Shown here: piece after piece, positions 23,401-32,518 of the stretch | How the letters are laid out: every line of letters starts with the position of its first letter | Position numbering within the stretch: position 1 is the stretch's first letter | Notes under the pieces: model-generated | Seen by the model: the letters and a program-made list of their open reading frames with translations, nothing else | Databases searched by the model: none | What the model was told of the DNA's origin: nothing | Program-made: the position numbers and the translations under genes | NCBI GenBank assembly: GCA_019828565.1 | Contig: JAHDYR010000014.1 | Span: 186,001-250,000, forward strand | DNA: 64,000 nucleotides | Origin: Carpediemonas membranifera BICM | Lineage: Eukaryota; Protista; Fornicata | Direction of reading: 5' to 3'

Positions 23401-23518
23401 GGTTTGTCTCTTCGTTGCTGCTGTCATGACATTCTCGGTGCTTTTCGTGAGTCAGCTGAGAAAGCTGAGGGACTTCGTCCTCGCATTCCAACTGATTCAG
23501 ACGCATTTACCTGCCTGA
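17459..23518 (+). CDS. 2019-aa multi-pass membrane sensor: N-terminal PocR-like domain plus TmcB/TmcC-like transmembrane body
   Basis: Residues ~55-220 resemble PocR sensory domains (FSQHTFISATIRDKHGHQVT...RCSCGFLVEASAVVQLDGDLIATMALGGV...FEKVVRLSPAKVQAAAE...FLSELA). Many TM helices follow, plus a TmcB/C-like motif ARRANRLYTRLLHRYP...YSLFLDSVMQD. Confidence 0.75.
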   Translation: MDDRLMNSDDTFKETATKIFASHALRPTELAEELPQLRRFLEFQAEKAERSNTPANRIQSLFDPALLETLTALFSQHTFISATIRDKHGHQVTSPLQRPAICESLAATSHCVGHAEAMSCMAPNRCFIGRCSCGFLVEASAVVQLDGDLIATMALGGVTSMDLDSASSLIESTALDSGIDIEDAHRMFEKVVRLSPAKVQAAAESCLVICQFLSELASVNYAKLQTARAHAVDERTRQLLHMRGAPQGWVERLHTALFAPYRTARPRHHTVAIFLMILTCVAPFVAGLAAASTKNALCLAVLDWVALLTVPVASSLLSPLVVPLLSWGFLGLGILLPLIVTLTSIKNGCDRITSISRYILRLASRLHVYALLVPLYSTAGYYLILLPIYSVVSVSDFPPTTLIFHCISCAAFVAIGTIYNMIHSTAVTAPPVWFTLYPTHWVRVALSTMLTQLILGAAIRLASLDLNGVESEDRLTCLMYNAVICVIGMAISLFLAVNAFISLPVDAIGSVVAVGAMASAAVTAGLAAVLNIARMPFTSDSVVFAVISLVAGLISSFIVVLSIYVSFLRLAYCERLVFSVILGEDVICSRPLSILKTIILHPFERRAVLRGLAQAPPPTLAQPDLMGLSALTIELGTRSLWSYQRQLALKHLTSRSRTVPHDNTTGIAMAIFKRTCDIYDVRSTLALRMAMLKIGLDSPATATAVTTRWREMRIDHFNEMTPTNRMLVVGIERHIEHMQFVHAFDGEDKAATYLNTQIMLAQAREQHLRTLVRMGKLWPALSGPVNVSIVTALVQQVGISARRANRLYTRLLHRYPSELARTWYSLFLDSVMQDHGAAQKLREESVGSDASPSIAASSVTSVSSIGLAGHADSDVSVSLNIPRISIVTTTIVIVLQLLIGSILFGLTFLQQLSTSNIETLHDASHAIHHGTLAALSVRMVDPTPYFPDGWGDMALAIDRAVDTLSASSSGLQSLMSSFDVPTLVVNGHDSSPVSLTVQSSSLGTLASTIQSDFKIVSRNGDDAAGSAPSLSSLAYNGARLALPAMNAAFSCISSLLRLFQAFSVLLFLVLLLAELALLTSIGVWLSTRVIPQVMFNCDKAIDGFQRATEQQVRRKARLTMIACEQFKDITLTDATPYTAYEEMADIADSAPLDIDSDHEYGPVGGPGSDSGDEEGAMPPVGGGRRVAFAAVDDEIFVAGPATDTDASDGSDYGHVDLYEAGSESPGTDPTDLDLIIQALPDPDQESSVVESSGTDTHTWSVQLLPVRPRARRGKVQGGLRLGINRLSSTKARIAHTWIAITLVLLVAAVSSGILVFAMLRHCGSYNEWSRRADLVSTDLVAPLIIGQVELDFYAARFVSGSYDSFKMIKPALTEIAIDRSLVVADTLPTVGAGDGIAEYIELMLARHHPMAVAVIMAGHGLGLSAVDVPEFTWDYSAETNSASDTETYGRTLWYSDKASDLALNRTQQLAIAQAIMYDGKLAGYVTEALEKLSELSNAAVHAAKAIIGDSLIFDLIVFTSYQAVQMVILIAAIVFYNRAATPGPLRTSVNVCLALTLGIVATHFLFELSYVLIIDVGLDVTFKLDSIINRWRTVSRLLAAVGVMLYNTQCLISTQSPDLAQDISSSFDSFDGIMASMATLDMTSPSLASFASGIRHSAGVAARLALSVADAAGMTFDGVIWDISTGRSRDFGRYSNNTFDLSLPDADKLDMAWNLVLSDPVAASDFSQLVTAAEAELASCQDDAAAILRLGSAAVTVNRIAVIFAFTMPVVFLSFAVTVPAMVFGSAPHHRRHDPEMNVSIGPFVRITRNALALFFVTLLPIFALLLTGNITIMRVNRDLLGMALLDSTALAASSQAVVCQTGPALSWHTASITASLATLGHAVPTVVPSPWTDPLGWVGTIGVDFSNGPALFMEYSTHTEMFTAVDSRHVNASTLTSIAHSRAAGQAMLLVEKLEDSFTAKVSVAKYCVMAIRYATVVLVVCLFVAAVMTFSVLFVSQLRKLRDFVLAFQLIQTHLPA

Positions 23519-24075
23519 AGTAGATATCACCATAAATATGTTCCATCTAGCTGTCACCAGATACGGAGCTAATCACCGTTCTGACACCATGCGGGTGGCT
23601 TGCTTCGTACGATCATTCATGATCGCGGGCTTGAGTCTCAATCTGTTGTGGTTTTAGCCTGCACTATTTGATAAACAGAGCTTTTTTTCTCTCCACAAAT
23701 TATGTCACAATGTCTCATGCATTTCATTGAGTCATTACTAACCATACCTGGGTCAGCCTTCCTATCGGCTGCTAGGACAGCTCGTGTCGTGGGGGGCAGT
23801 GGGGTAAGAGAGCTAGATCTTGATGGGGGCCTTATAATAATTCTAACTGCAGTCATTGATCGGGTGCAATGAGCGCTGATTACACCGCTCAACCTTTTTC
23901 GTCAAGACGATAGCAGCAGGCCTTGGTCATATGCTTGTCGGGCAGACCCTCAAGATGACCTTTCATAAACTGAGAGAATTGGAAACATAAAGGACTAATG
24001 GCCCTTCTTGAGCTCAAAGCGAGCGCTAATGATTCTGCAGAGCCATCATTTTGAAGCGAGCAGTTTAATGCAATT

Positions 24076-24397
24076 TTAGAGCTCGGCGAGCTGGGAAGGA
24101 TAACGGGCCATCCAGGAGATCGCCGCCTTCAGCTCACGCGTGCAGCAAAATTCGCCGATCCGATGGGTGTGTTGTTCGTGGCCAGCACCAAGGCCGAGCA
24201 TGGGAGGGTGCCAGAAGCCTGCGGCATCGAGCTGCCAGCCCTTCGCCTTCATGATGGCGGTGTCGGCATCAGAGCACTCGTCAGCCTTGCGGTAGCAGCC
24301 AACGCCGTCGATGGAGAAGATCCAGCGGCCGACATAGGGCTCGCGTTTGAGGAGGGGGTTGGCGGTGATGTCCTCGTCGGTGATGGTCTTGGCAGTG
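24076..24397 (-). pseudogene. Duplicated 3' fragment (~107 codons) of the YgeY-like M20 gene; further copies at ~26891-27212 and ~29707-30027
   Basis: TAKTITDEDITANP...YPSQLAEL matches the C-terminus of 32519..34054. At the junction the fragment reads ggcagtg|cccttc where the parent reads ggcagtg|accttc. Confidence 0.85.
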
Positions 24398-24555
24398 CCC
24401 TTCATTCCTCTTCTTCGCAGGCAACGAGGATCCTCCTCGGCGACAGACTTGGAATGAGCACGAGAATTCCAGGACCGATCCCCCGAGACGATATCAGCAG
24501 CCTTGGACATGCGCTGGTCGGGTTGACACCCAACCTGTATCTCACACTTTCAGAT

Positions 24556-26244
24556 TTACTTCTGAACAAACGAAGGCTCCTTTAGGCCGTTCTGCTGGCA
24601 GAAATTTGCCAGGTGGTCTTTAAGAAGCTCCATCAGTTTCATACGGTCAGTTTCGGTGTCAAGGAGGTTGTTGGCCTTGATCATGCCATCGACATCGGGC
24701 TTCCAGTGCGTCCGACAGCACGTTGAGACCTGGCACTGGGGTTTGGGAGTGTTGAGGCAGACATTAGCACCAGTGATATCCTCGCTGGGGTTTTTGTCCG
24801 AGAAGTCTTCATGGTGAATCGCCCAAAACCAGATAACCAGGGCATTGGCGGGGGAGATTAGTTTGATCCCAGCCTTGTTACGGTCCTTGTGGCGGGAGAG
24901 ATGAATGAGCTTGCAACTATTCGTTTTGCAGTCCGAATCATGCCAACACAGCTCTCGAGTGCCCGAATCATGGGATTTTGGGTCGACTGCAACGATTCCA
25001 GGGACCTTATCAATCGTGAGAAGGCCTCGGATGACATGTAAGTTCTTCTTCGTGATCTTCAGCGGCTTTGGCTCGGGGTGGGTGCGGGTCGGCGAGGCCG
25101 GGGTGCTTTGGGGTGCAAACACTCTTTTTGCGGCTGGGAAGCTGGGCATATGGGGTGTCAAGACGTCAGCTGGCTCGACATGGTCGGGATTAGTGGCGGC
25201 AGGGGTGGGCTCATCGGAGCGAGTTTCAACGTTGGTGGGGGTCTGCGGGCGTGGGGGCGACTCGGCATTGCGGGTAGGGGGCGGCGCACAGCTAGGGGAA
25301 GCAGGGGCTGCCTTGGCGAGTGGCATATAGCTGATGTAGTTGACGACAGCGGCAGCGGCGTTCTGTTCCTCTGGCGTCGGGTCATCCTTGAGGCGGTCGA
25401 CCAGACTTGAAAGTCGACCCATCCATCCTTCAATGAGACCGACGGTCATGTCGAGAGCGATCTGATCTGAACTACCCTTGACCAGCTCCCTGATCAACTT
25501 CGTCACCACGGCCGACGACTTCCCAGCCTGCTTGTACTCCTCGATGAAGGCTAAATGGCCTCTCAGCTCGTCTACGTTGCCCTGCACTTCACGATACTCG
25601 TCGCCAAATACACCCTCGGCGAACGGTCTGAGAAGACGGATACCATCATTGATCTGGCCGATGACGTCGGAGAGGGAAATGGAAGAGGGGTTATCTGTAA
25701 CCTTCTGATTCTTCAAATGCCCGCCATGACTGGCGATATTACGAAGATCCCTGACGCGCTTCTCACTCTCGCGCAGACTGTTCAAGTGCCTGTGATCGTT
25801 GTCATCGTTCTCACACTCTCGTCTGTTCCAGTCATTCCACTTGACCACAAAGCCATAGGACGGATGGGCAGACGCGAATAGGAGCTTGCTGAGGTCCGAG
25901 TTGTCTACATGCTCAAGAAACTGGTCCGCAGCGTTACATATCGTTCTTTCGTGTTCTAAATGAGCTTTCCTTGCATTGCCAGAGAGAATAGGGAACTCTA
26001 AGGACTCACTAGCCTTCTTGAGCTCAAAGCGAGTGCTAATGACTCTGCAGAAGCCTTTTTGTGATGGCGTCGTTGCAGCGCCGGAGTAAATCGAGATTAT
26101 GGATTCGCATAGGCTGCAGAAGATACTCACTTCGCTCTCCATCAGACGGAATGATCCTTGGGCCTCCAAATGTTGTTGTTCCAGACATGCTTTTTGCGTT
26201 TTCTTTTTCGGGCAAACCACGCGAGATGTGAGATGCAAAATCAT
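24556..26244 (-). CDS. HEPN-motif (RxxxxH) helical domain, Pro-rich linker and two CCCH zinc fingers; intact copy 1
   Basis: DNSDLSKLL...RVRDLRNIASHG (motif at 25726-25743). C-terminal CWHDSDCKTNSCKLIH (C-x5-C-x4-C-x3-H) and CLNTPKPQCQVSTCCRTH. The start could be 26244 or 26142 (MESEV). Confidence 0.7.
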   Translation of the reverse strand: MILHLTSRVVCPKKKTQKACLEQQHLEAQGSFRLMESEVSIFCSLCESIISIYSGAATTPSQKGFCRVISTRFELKKASESLEFPILSGNARKAHLEHERTICNAADQFLEHVDNSDLSKLLFASAHPSYGFVVKWNDWNRRECENDDNDHRHLNSLRESEKRVRDLRNIASHGGHLKNQKVTDNPSSISLSDVIGQINDGIRLLRPFAEGVFGDEYREVQGNVDELRGHLAFIEEYKQAGKSSAVVTKLIRELVKGSSDQIALDMTVGLIEGWMGRLSSLVDRLKDDPTPEEQNAAAAVVNYISYMPLAKAAPASPSCAPPPTRNAESPPRPQTPTNVETRSDEPTPAATNPDHVEPADVLTPHMPSFPAAKRVFAPQSTPASPTRTHPEPKPLKITKKNLHVIRGLLTIDKVPGIVAVDPKSHDSGTRELCWHDSDCKTNSCKLIHLSRHKDRNKAGIKLISPANALVIWFWAIHHEDFSDKNPSEDITGANVCLNTPKPQCQVSTCCRTHWKPDVDGMIKANNLLDTETDRMKLMELLKDHLANFCQQNGLKEPSFVQK

Positions 26245-26572
26245 TCTCAGCGTTAGTCACTAAGCAGTAGTCACTTGACTACCCGGAAGAGAACGCACCC
26301 CACCAGCCGCATTGTATGACTGGGGGATCCTGTTGAACAAACACTGGCTGTGGCTTGTGGGGCAGACAACTACACCATCAGGCAGCCTTAACCAGATCCA
26401 CCGGGTACGTCATCTAACCTGCATTCTTGATGGCTCTCGACGACCATCGATGCGTTCCGAGCCGTCTGTTGCATTGGCAGAAATGTGCGGATGGCAATCC
26501 CGCCCAAGGTCTAATAATGTCTTTCATGACGCCTGATACGAACCCAGGCTTCGCTCAGGGTTACAGCGGGCT

Positions 26573-26692
26573 ACATCCTGTGGCGTTCTCGTTCCACGGA
26601 AGACGTCAGAAGCTCTTCATTCAGCCGCACCTCGATCCCGCGTCTTCCAACACATCATTTGGCTAATCGCCCACATTCGTCTTCTGACGGAT
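26573..26692 (+). mobile_element. Degenerate relic homologous to the 3' end of the TnpB/Fanzor-like remnant at 57366-57500; also at 29389-29508 and 32201-32320
   Basis: acatcctgtggcgttctc...gacggat aligns colinearly with 57366-57500. Translation ILWRSRSTED-VRSSSFSRTSIPRL...HHLANRPHSSSDG versus ILWRSLATEDELSGSPFSRTSIPRL...HQLANRQHSSTDG, with several synonymous differences. Confidence 0.6.
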
Positions 26693-26721
26693 GGCATTGG
26701 ACGGCGTTACCCGCACGCACC

Positions 26722-26855
26722 AGAAACTGGATCGCAGTGTTACGTATTGTTCTTTCAGCCCAAGATGAGCTTTCTCTGCATAAACAGAGAGAATTGGAAA
26801 CATAAAGGACTAATGGCCCTTCTTGAGCTCAAAGCGAGCGCTAATGATTCTGCAG
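26722..26855 (-). pseudogene. Decayed paralogous fragment of the HEPN-CCCH gene N-terminal region, present in each unit (partial copy at ~23951-24040)
   Basis: Aligns to 25916-26050. Minus-strand translation CRIISARFELKKGH*SFMFPILSVYAEKAHLG/ERTIRNTAIQFL versus CRVISTRFELKKASESLEFPILSGNARKAHLEHERTICNAADQFL, with one stop and one frameshift. Confidence 0.8.
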
Positions 26856-27370
26856 AGCCATCATTTTGAAGCGAGCAGTTTAATGCAATTTTAGAGCTCG
26901 GCGAGCTGGGAAGGATAACGGGCCATCCAGGAGATCGCCGCCTTCAGCTCACGCGTGCAGCAAAATTCGCCGATCCGATGGGTGTGTTGTTCGTGGCCAG
27001 CACCAAGGCCGAGCATGGGAGGGTGCCAGAAGCCTGCGGCATCGAGCTGCCAGCCCTTCGCCTTCATGATGGCGGTGTCGGCATCAGAGCACTCGTCAGC
27101 CTTGCGGTAGCAGCCAACGCCGTCGGTGGAGAAGATCCAGCGGCCGACATAGGGCTCGCGTTTGAGGAGGGGGTTGGCGGTGATGTCCTCGTCGGTGATG
27201 GTCTTGGCAGTGCCCTTCATTCCTCTTCTTCGCAGGCAACGAGGATCCTCCTCGGCGACAGACTTGGAATGAGCACGAGAATTCCAGGACCGATCCCCCG
27301 AGACGATATCAGCAGCCTTGGACATGCGCTGGTCGGGTTGACACCCAACCTGTATCTCACACTTTCAGAT

Positions 27371-29060
27371 TTACTTCTGAACAAACGAAGGCTCCTTTAG
27401 GCCGTTCTGCTGGCAGAAATTTGCCAGGTGGTCTTTAAGAAGCTCCATCAGTTTCATACGGTCAGTTTCGGTGTCAAGGAGGTTGTTGGCCTTGATCATG
27501 CCATCGACATCGGGCTTCCAGTGCGTCCGACAGCACGTTGAGACCTGGCACTGGGGTTTGGGAGTGTTGAGGCAGACATTAGCACCAGTGATATCCTCGC
27601 TGGGGTTTTTGTCCGAGAAGTCTTCATGGTGAATCGCCCAAAACCAGATAACCAGGGCATTGGCGGGGGAGATTAGTTTGATCCCAGCCTTGTTACGGTC
27701 CTTGTGGCGGGAGAGATGAATGAGCTTGCAACTATTCGTTTTGCAGTCCGAATCATGCCAACACAGCTCTCGAGTGCCCGAATCATGGGATTTTTGGGTC
27801 GACTGCAACGATTCCAGGGACCTTATCAATCGTGAGAAGGCCTCGGATGACATGTAAGTTCTTCTTCGTGATCTTCAGCGGCTTTGGCTCGGGGTGGGTG
27901 CGGGTCGGCGAGGCCGGGGTGCTTTGGGGTGCAAACACTCTTTTTGCGGCTGGGAAGCTGGGCATATGGGGTGTCAAGACGTCAGCTGGCTCGACATGGT
28001 CGGGATTAGTGGCGGCAGGGGTGGGCTCATCGGAGCGAGTTTCAACGTTGGTGGGGGTCTGCGGGCGTGGGGGCGACTCGGCATTGCGGGTAGGGGGCGG
28101 CGCACAGCTAGGGGAAGCAGGGGCTGCCTTGGCGAGTGGCATATAGCTGATGTAGTTGACGACAGCGGCAGCGGCGTTCTGTTCCTCTGGCGTCGGGTCA
28201 TCCTTGAGGCGGTCGACCAGACTTGAAAGTCGACCCATCCATCCTTCAATGAGACCGACGGTCATGTCGAGAGCGATCTGATCTGAACTACCCTTGACCA
28301 GCTCCCTGATCAACTTCGTCACCACGGCCGACGACTTCCCAGCCTGCTTGTACTCCTCGATGAAGGCTAAATGGCCTCTCAGCTCGTCTACGTTGCCCTG
28401 CACTTCACGATACTCGTCGCCAAATACACCCTCGGCGAACGGTCTGAGAAGACGGATACCATCATTGATCTGGCCGATGACGTCGGAGAGGGAAATGGAA
28501 GAGGGGTTATCTGTAACCTTCTGATTCTTCAAATGCCCGCCATGACTGGCGATATTACGAAGATCCCTGACGCGCTTCTCACTCTCGCGCAGACTGTTCA
28601 AGTGCCTGTGATCGTTGTCATCGTTCTCACACTCTCGTCTGTTCCAGTCATTCCACTTGACCACAAAGCCATAGGACGGATGGGCAGACGCGAATAGGAG
28701 CTTGCTGAGGTCCGAGTTGTCTACATGCTCAAGAAACTGGTCCGCAGCGTTACATATCGTTCTTTCGTGTTCTAAATGAGCTTTCCTTGCATTGCCAGAG
28801 AGAATAGGGAACTCTAAGGACTCACTAGCCTTCTTGAGCTCAAAGCGAGTGCTAATGACTCTGCAGAAGCCTTTTTGTGATGGCGTCGTTGCAGCGCCGG
28901 AGTAAATCGAGATTATGGATTCGCATAGGCTGCAGAAGATACTCACTTCGCTCTCCATCAGACGGAATGATCCTTGGGCCTCCAAATGTTGTTGTTCCAG
29001 ACATGCTTTTTGCGTTTTCTTTTTCGGGCAAACCACGCGAGATGTGAGATGCAAAATCAT
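27371..29060 (-). CDS. HEPN-CCCH protein copy 2; +1 frameshift in a T-run at ~27791-27795 (pseudogene or assembly error)
   Basis: Matches copy 1 except gggatttttggg versus gggattttggg. Confidence 0.6.
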
Positions 29061-30185
29061 TCTCAGCGTTAGTCACTAAGCAGTAGTCACTTGACTACCC
29101 GGAAGAGAACGCACCCCACCAGCCGCATTGTATGACTGGGGGATCCTGTTGAACAAACACTGGCTGTGGCTTGTGGGGCAGACAACTACACCATCAGGCA
29201 GCCTTAACCAGATCCACCGGGTACGTCATCTAACCTGCATTCTTGATGGCTCTCGACGACCATCGATGCGTTCCGAGCCGTCTGTTGCATTGGCAGAAAT
29301 GTGCGGATGGCAATCCCGCCCAAGGTCTAATAATGTCTTTCATGACGCCTGATACGAACCCAGGCTTCGCTCAGGGTTACAGCGGGCTACATCCTGTGGC
29401 GTTCTCGTTCCACGGAAGACGTCAGAAGCTCTTCATTCAGCCGCACCTCGATCCCGCGTCTTCCAACACATCATTTGGCTAATCGCCCACATTCGTCTTC
29501 TGACGGATGGCATTGGACGGCGTTACCCGCACGCACCAGAAACTGGATCGCAGTGTTACGTATTGTTCTTTCAGCCCAAGATGAGCTTTCTCTGCATAAA
29601 CAGAGAGAATTGGAAACATAAAGGACTAATGGCCCTTCTTGAGCTCAAAGCGAGCGCTAATGATTCTGCAGAGCCATCATTTTGAAGCGAGCAGTTTAAT
29701 GCAATTTTAGAGCTCGGCGAGCTGGGAAGGATAACGGGCCATCCAGGAGATCGCCGCCTTCAGCTCACGCGTGCAGCAAAATTCGCCGATCCGATGGGTG
29801 TGTTGTTCGTGGCCAGCACCAAGGCCGAGCATGGGAGGGTGCCAGAAGCCTGCGGCATCGAGCTGCCAGCCCTTCGCCTTCATGATGGCGGTGTCGGCAT
29901 CAGAGCACTCGTCAGCCTTGCGGTAGCAGCCAACGCCGTCGGTGGAGAAGATCCAGCGGCCGACATAGGGCTCGCGTTTGAGGAGGGGTTGGCGGTGATG
30001 TCCTCGTCGGTGATGGTCTTGGCAGTGCCCTTCATTCCTCTTCTTCGCAGGCAACGAGGATCCTCCTCGGCGACAGACTTGGAATGAGCACGAGAATTCC
30101 AGGACCGATCCCCCGAGACGATATCAGCAGCCTTGGACATGCGCTGGTCGGGTTGACACCCAACCTGTATCTCACACTTTCAGAT

Positions 30186-31872
30186 TTACTTCTGAACAAA
30201 CGAAGGCTCCTTTAGGCCGTTCTGCTGGCAGAAATTTGCCAGGTGGTCTTTAAGAAGCTCCATCAGTTTCATACGGTCAGTTTCGGTGTCAAGGAGGTTG
30301 TTGGCCTTGATCATGCCATCGACATCGGGCTTCCAGTGCGTCCGACAGCACGTTGAGACCTGGCACTGGGGTTTGGGAGTGTTGAGGCAGACATTAGCAC
30401 CAGTGATATCCTCGCTGGGGTTTTTGTCCGAGAAGTCTTCATGGTGAATCGCCCAAAACCAGATAACCAGGGCATTGGCGGGGAGATTAGTTTGATCCCA
30501 GCCTTGTTACGGTCCTTGTGGCGGGAGAGATGAATGAGCTTGCAACTATTCGTTTTGCAGTCCGAATCATGCCAACACAGCTCTCGAGTGCCCGAATCAT
30601 GGGATTTTGGGTCGACTGCAACGATTCCAGGGACCTTATCAATCGTGAGAAGGCCTCGGATGACATGTAAGTTCTTCTTCGTGATCTTCAGCGGCTTTGG
30701 CTCGGGGTGGGTGCGGGTCGGCGAGGCCGGGGTGCTTTGGGGTGCAAACACTCTTTTTGCGGCTGGGAAGCTGGGCATATGGGGTGTCAAGACGTCAGCT
30801 GGCTCGACATGGTCGGGATTAGTGGCGGCAGGGGTGGGCTCATCGGAGCGAGTTTCAACGTTGGTGGGGGTCTGCGGGCGTGGGGGCGACTCGGCATTGC
30901 GGGTAGGGGGCGGCGCACAGCTAGGGGAAGCAGGGGCTGCCTTGGTGAGTGGCATATAGCTGATGTAGTTGACGACAGCGGCAGCGGCGTTCTGTTCCTC
31001 TGGCGTCGGGTCATCCTTGAGGCGGTCGACCAGACTTGAAAGTCGACCCATCCATCCTTCAATGAGACCGACGGTCATGTCGAGAGCGATCTGATCTGAA
31101 CTACCCTTGACCAGCTCCCTGATCAACTTCGTCACCACGGCCGACGACTTCCCAGCCTGCTTGTACTCCTCGATGAAGGCTAAATGGCCTCTCAGCTCGT
31201 CTACGTTGCCCTGCACTTCACGATACTCGTCGCCAAATACACCCTCGGCGAACGGTCTGAGAAGACGGATACCATCATTGATCTGGCCGATGACGTCGGA
31301 GAGGGAAATGGAAGAGGGGTTATCTGTAACCTTCTGATTCTTCAAATGCCCGCCATGACTGGCGATATTACGAAGATCCCTGACGCGCTTCTCACTCTCG
31401 CGCAGACTGTTCAAGTGCCTGTGATCGTTGTCATCGTTCTCACACTCTCGTCTGTTCCAGTCATTCCACTTGACCACAAAGCCATAGGACGGATGGGCAG
31501 ACGCGAATAGGAGCTTGCTGAGGTCCGAGTTGTCTACATGCTCAAGAAACTGGTCCGCAGCGTTACATATCGTTCTTTCGTGTTCTAAATGAGCTTTCCT
31601 TGCATTGCCAGAGAGAATAGGGAACTCTAAGGACTCACTAGCCTTCTTGAGCTCAAAGCGAGTGCTAATGACTCTGCAGAAGCCTTTTGTGATGGCGTCG
31701 TTGCAGCGCCGGAGTAAATCGAGATTATGGATTCGCATAGGCTGCAGAAGATACTCACTTCGCTCTCCATCAGACGGAATGATCCTTGGGCCTCCAAATG
31801 TTGTTGTTCCAGACATGCTTTTTGCGTTTTCTTTTTCGGGCAAACCACGCGAGATGTGAGATGCAAAATCAT
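30186..31872 (-). CDS. HEPN-CCCH protein copy 3; two -1 homopolymer frameshifts at ~30481 and ~31685 (pseudogene or assembly error)
   Basis: Matches copy 1 apart from G-run and T-run deletions and one A-to-T amino-acid change (PLAKAA to PLTKAA). Confidence 0.55.
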
Positions 31873-32518
31873 TCTCAGCGTTAGTCACTAAGCAGTAGTC
31901 ACTTGACTACCCGGAAGAGAACGCACCCCACCAGCCGCATTGTATGACTGGGGGATCCTGTTGAACAAACACTGGCTGTGGCTTGTGGGGCAGACAACTA
32001 CACCATCAGGCAGCCTTAACCAGATCCACCGGGTACGTCATCTAACCTGCATTCTTGATGGCTCTCGACGACCATCGATGCGTTCCGAGCCGTCTGTTGC
32101 ATTGGCAGAAATGTGCGGATGGCAATCCCGCCCAAGGTCTAATAATGTCTTTCATGACGCCTGATACGAACCCAGGCTTCGCTCAGGGTTACAGCGGGCT
32201 ACATCCTGTGGCGTTCTCGTTCCACGGAAGACGTCAGAAGCTCTTCATTCAGCCGCACCTCGATCCCGCGTCTTCCAACACATCATTTGGCTAATCGCCC
32301 ACATTCGTCTTCTGACGGATGGCATTGGACGGCGTTACCCGCACGCACCAGAAACTGGATCGCAGTGTTACGTATTGTTCTTTCAGCCCAAGATGAGCTT
32401 TCTCTGCATAAACAGAGAGAATTGGAAACATAAAGGACTAATGGCCCTTCTTGAGCTCAAAGCGAGCGCTAATGATTCTGCAGAGCCATCATTTTGAAGC
32501 GAGCAGTTTAATGCAATT

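Noticed and set aside
24076-24510. 144-aa ORF (MSKAADIV...) repeated in the array as a possible new gene
   Set aside because: It is a chimera of HEPN-gene downstream sequence and the M20 C-terminal fragment, lacking most metal ligands. I treated it as a duplication by-product.
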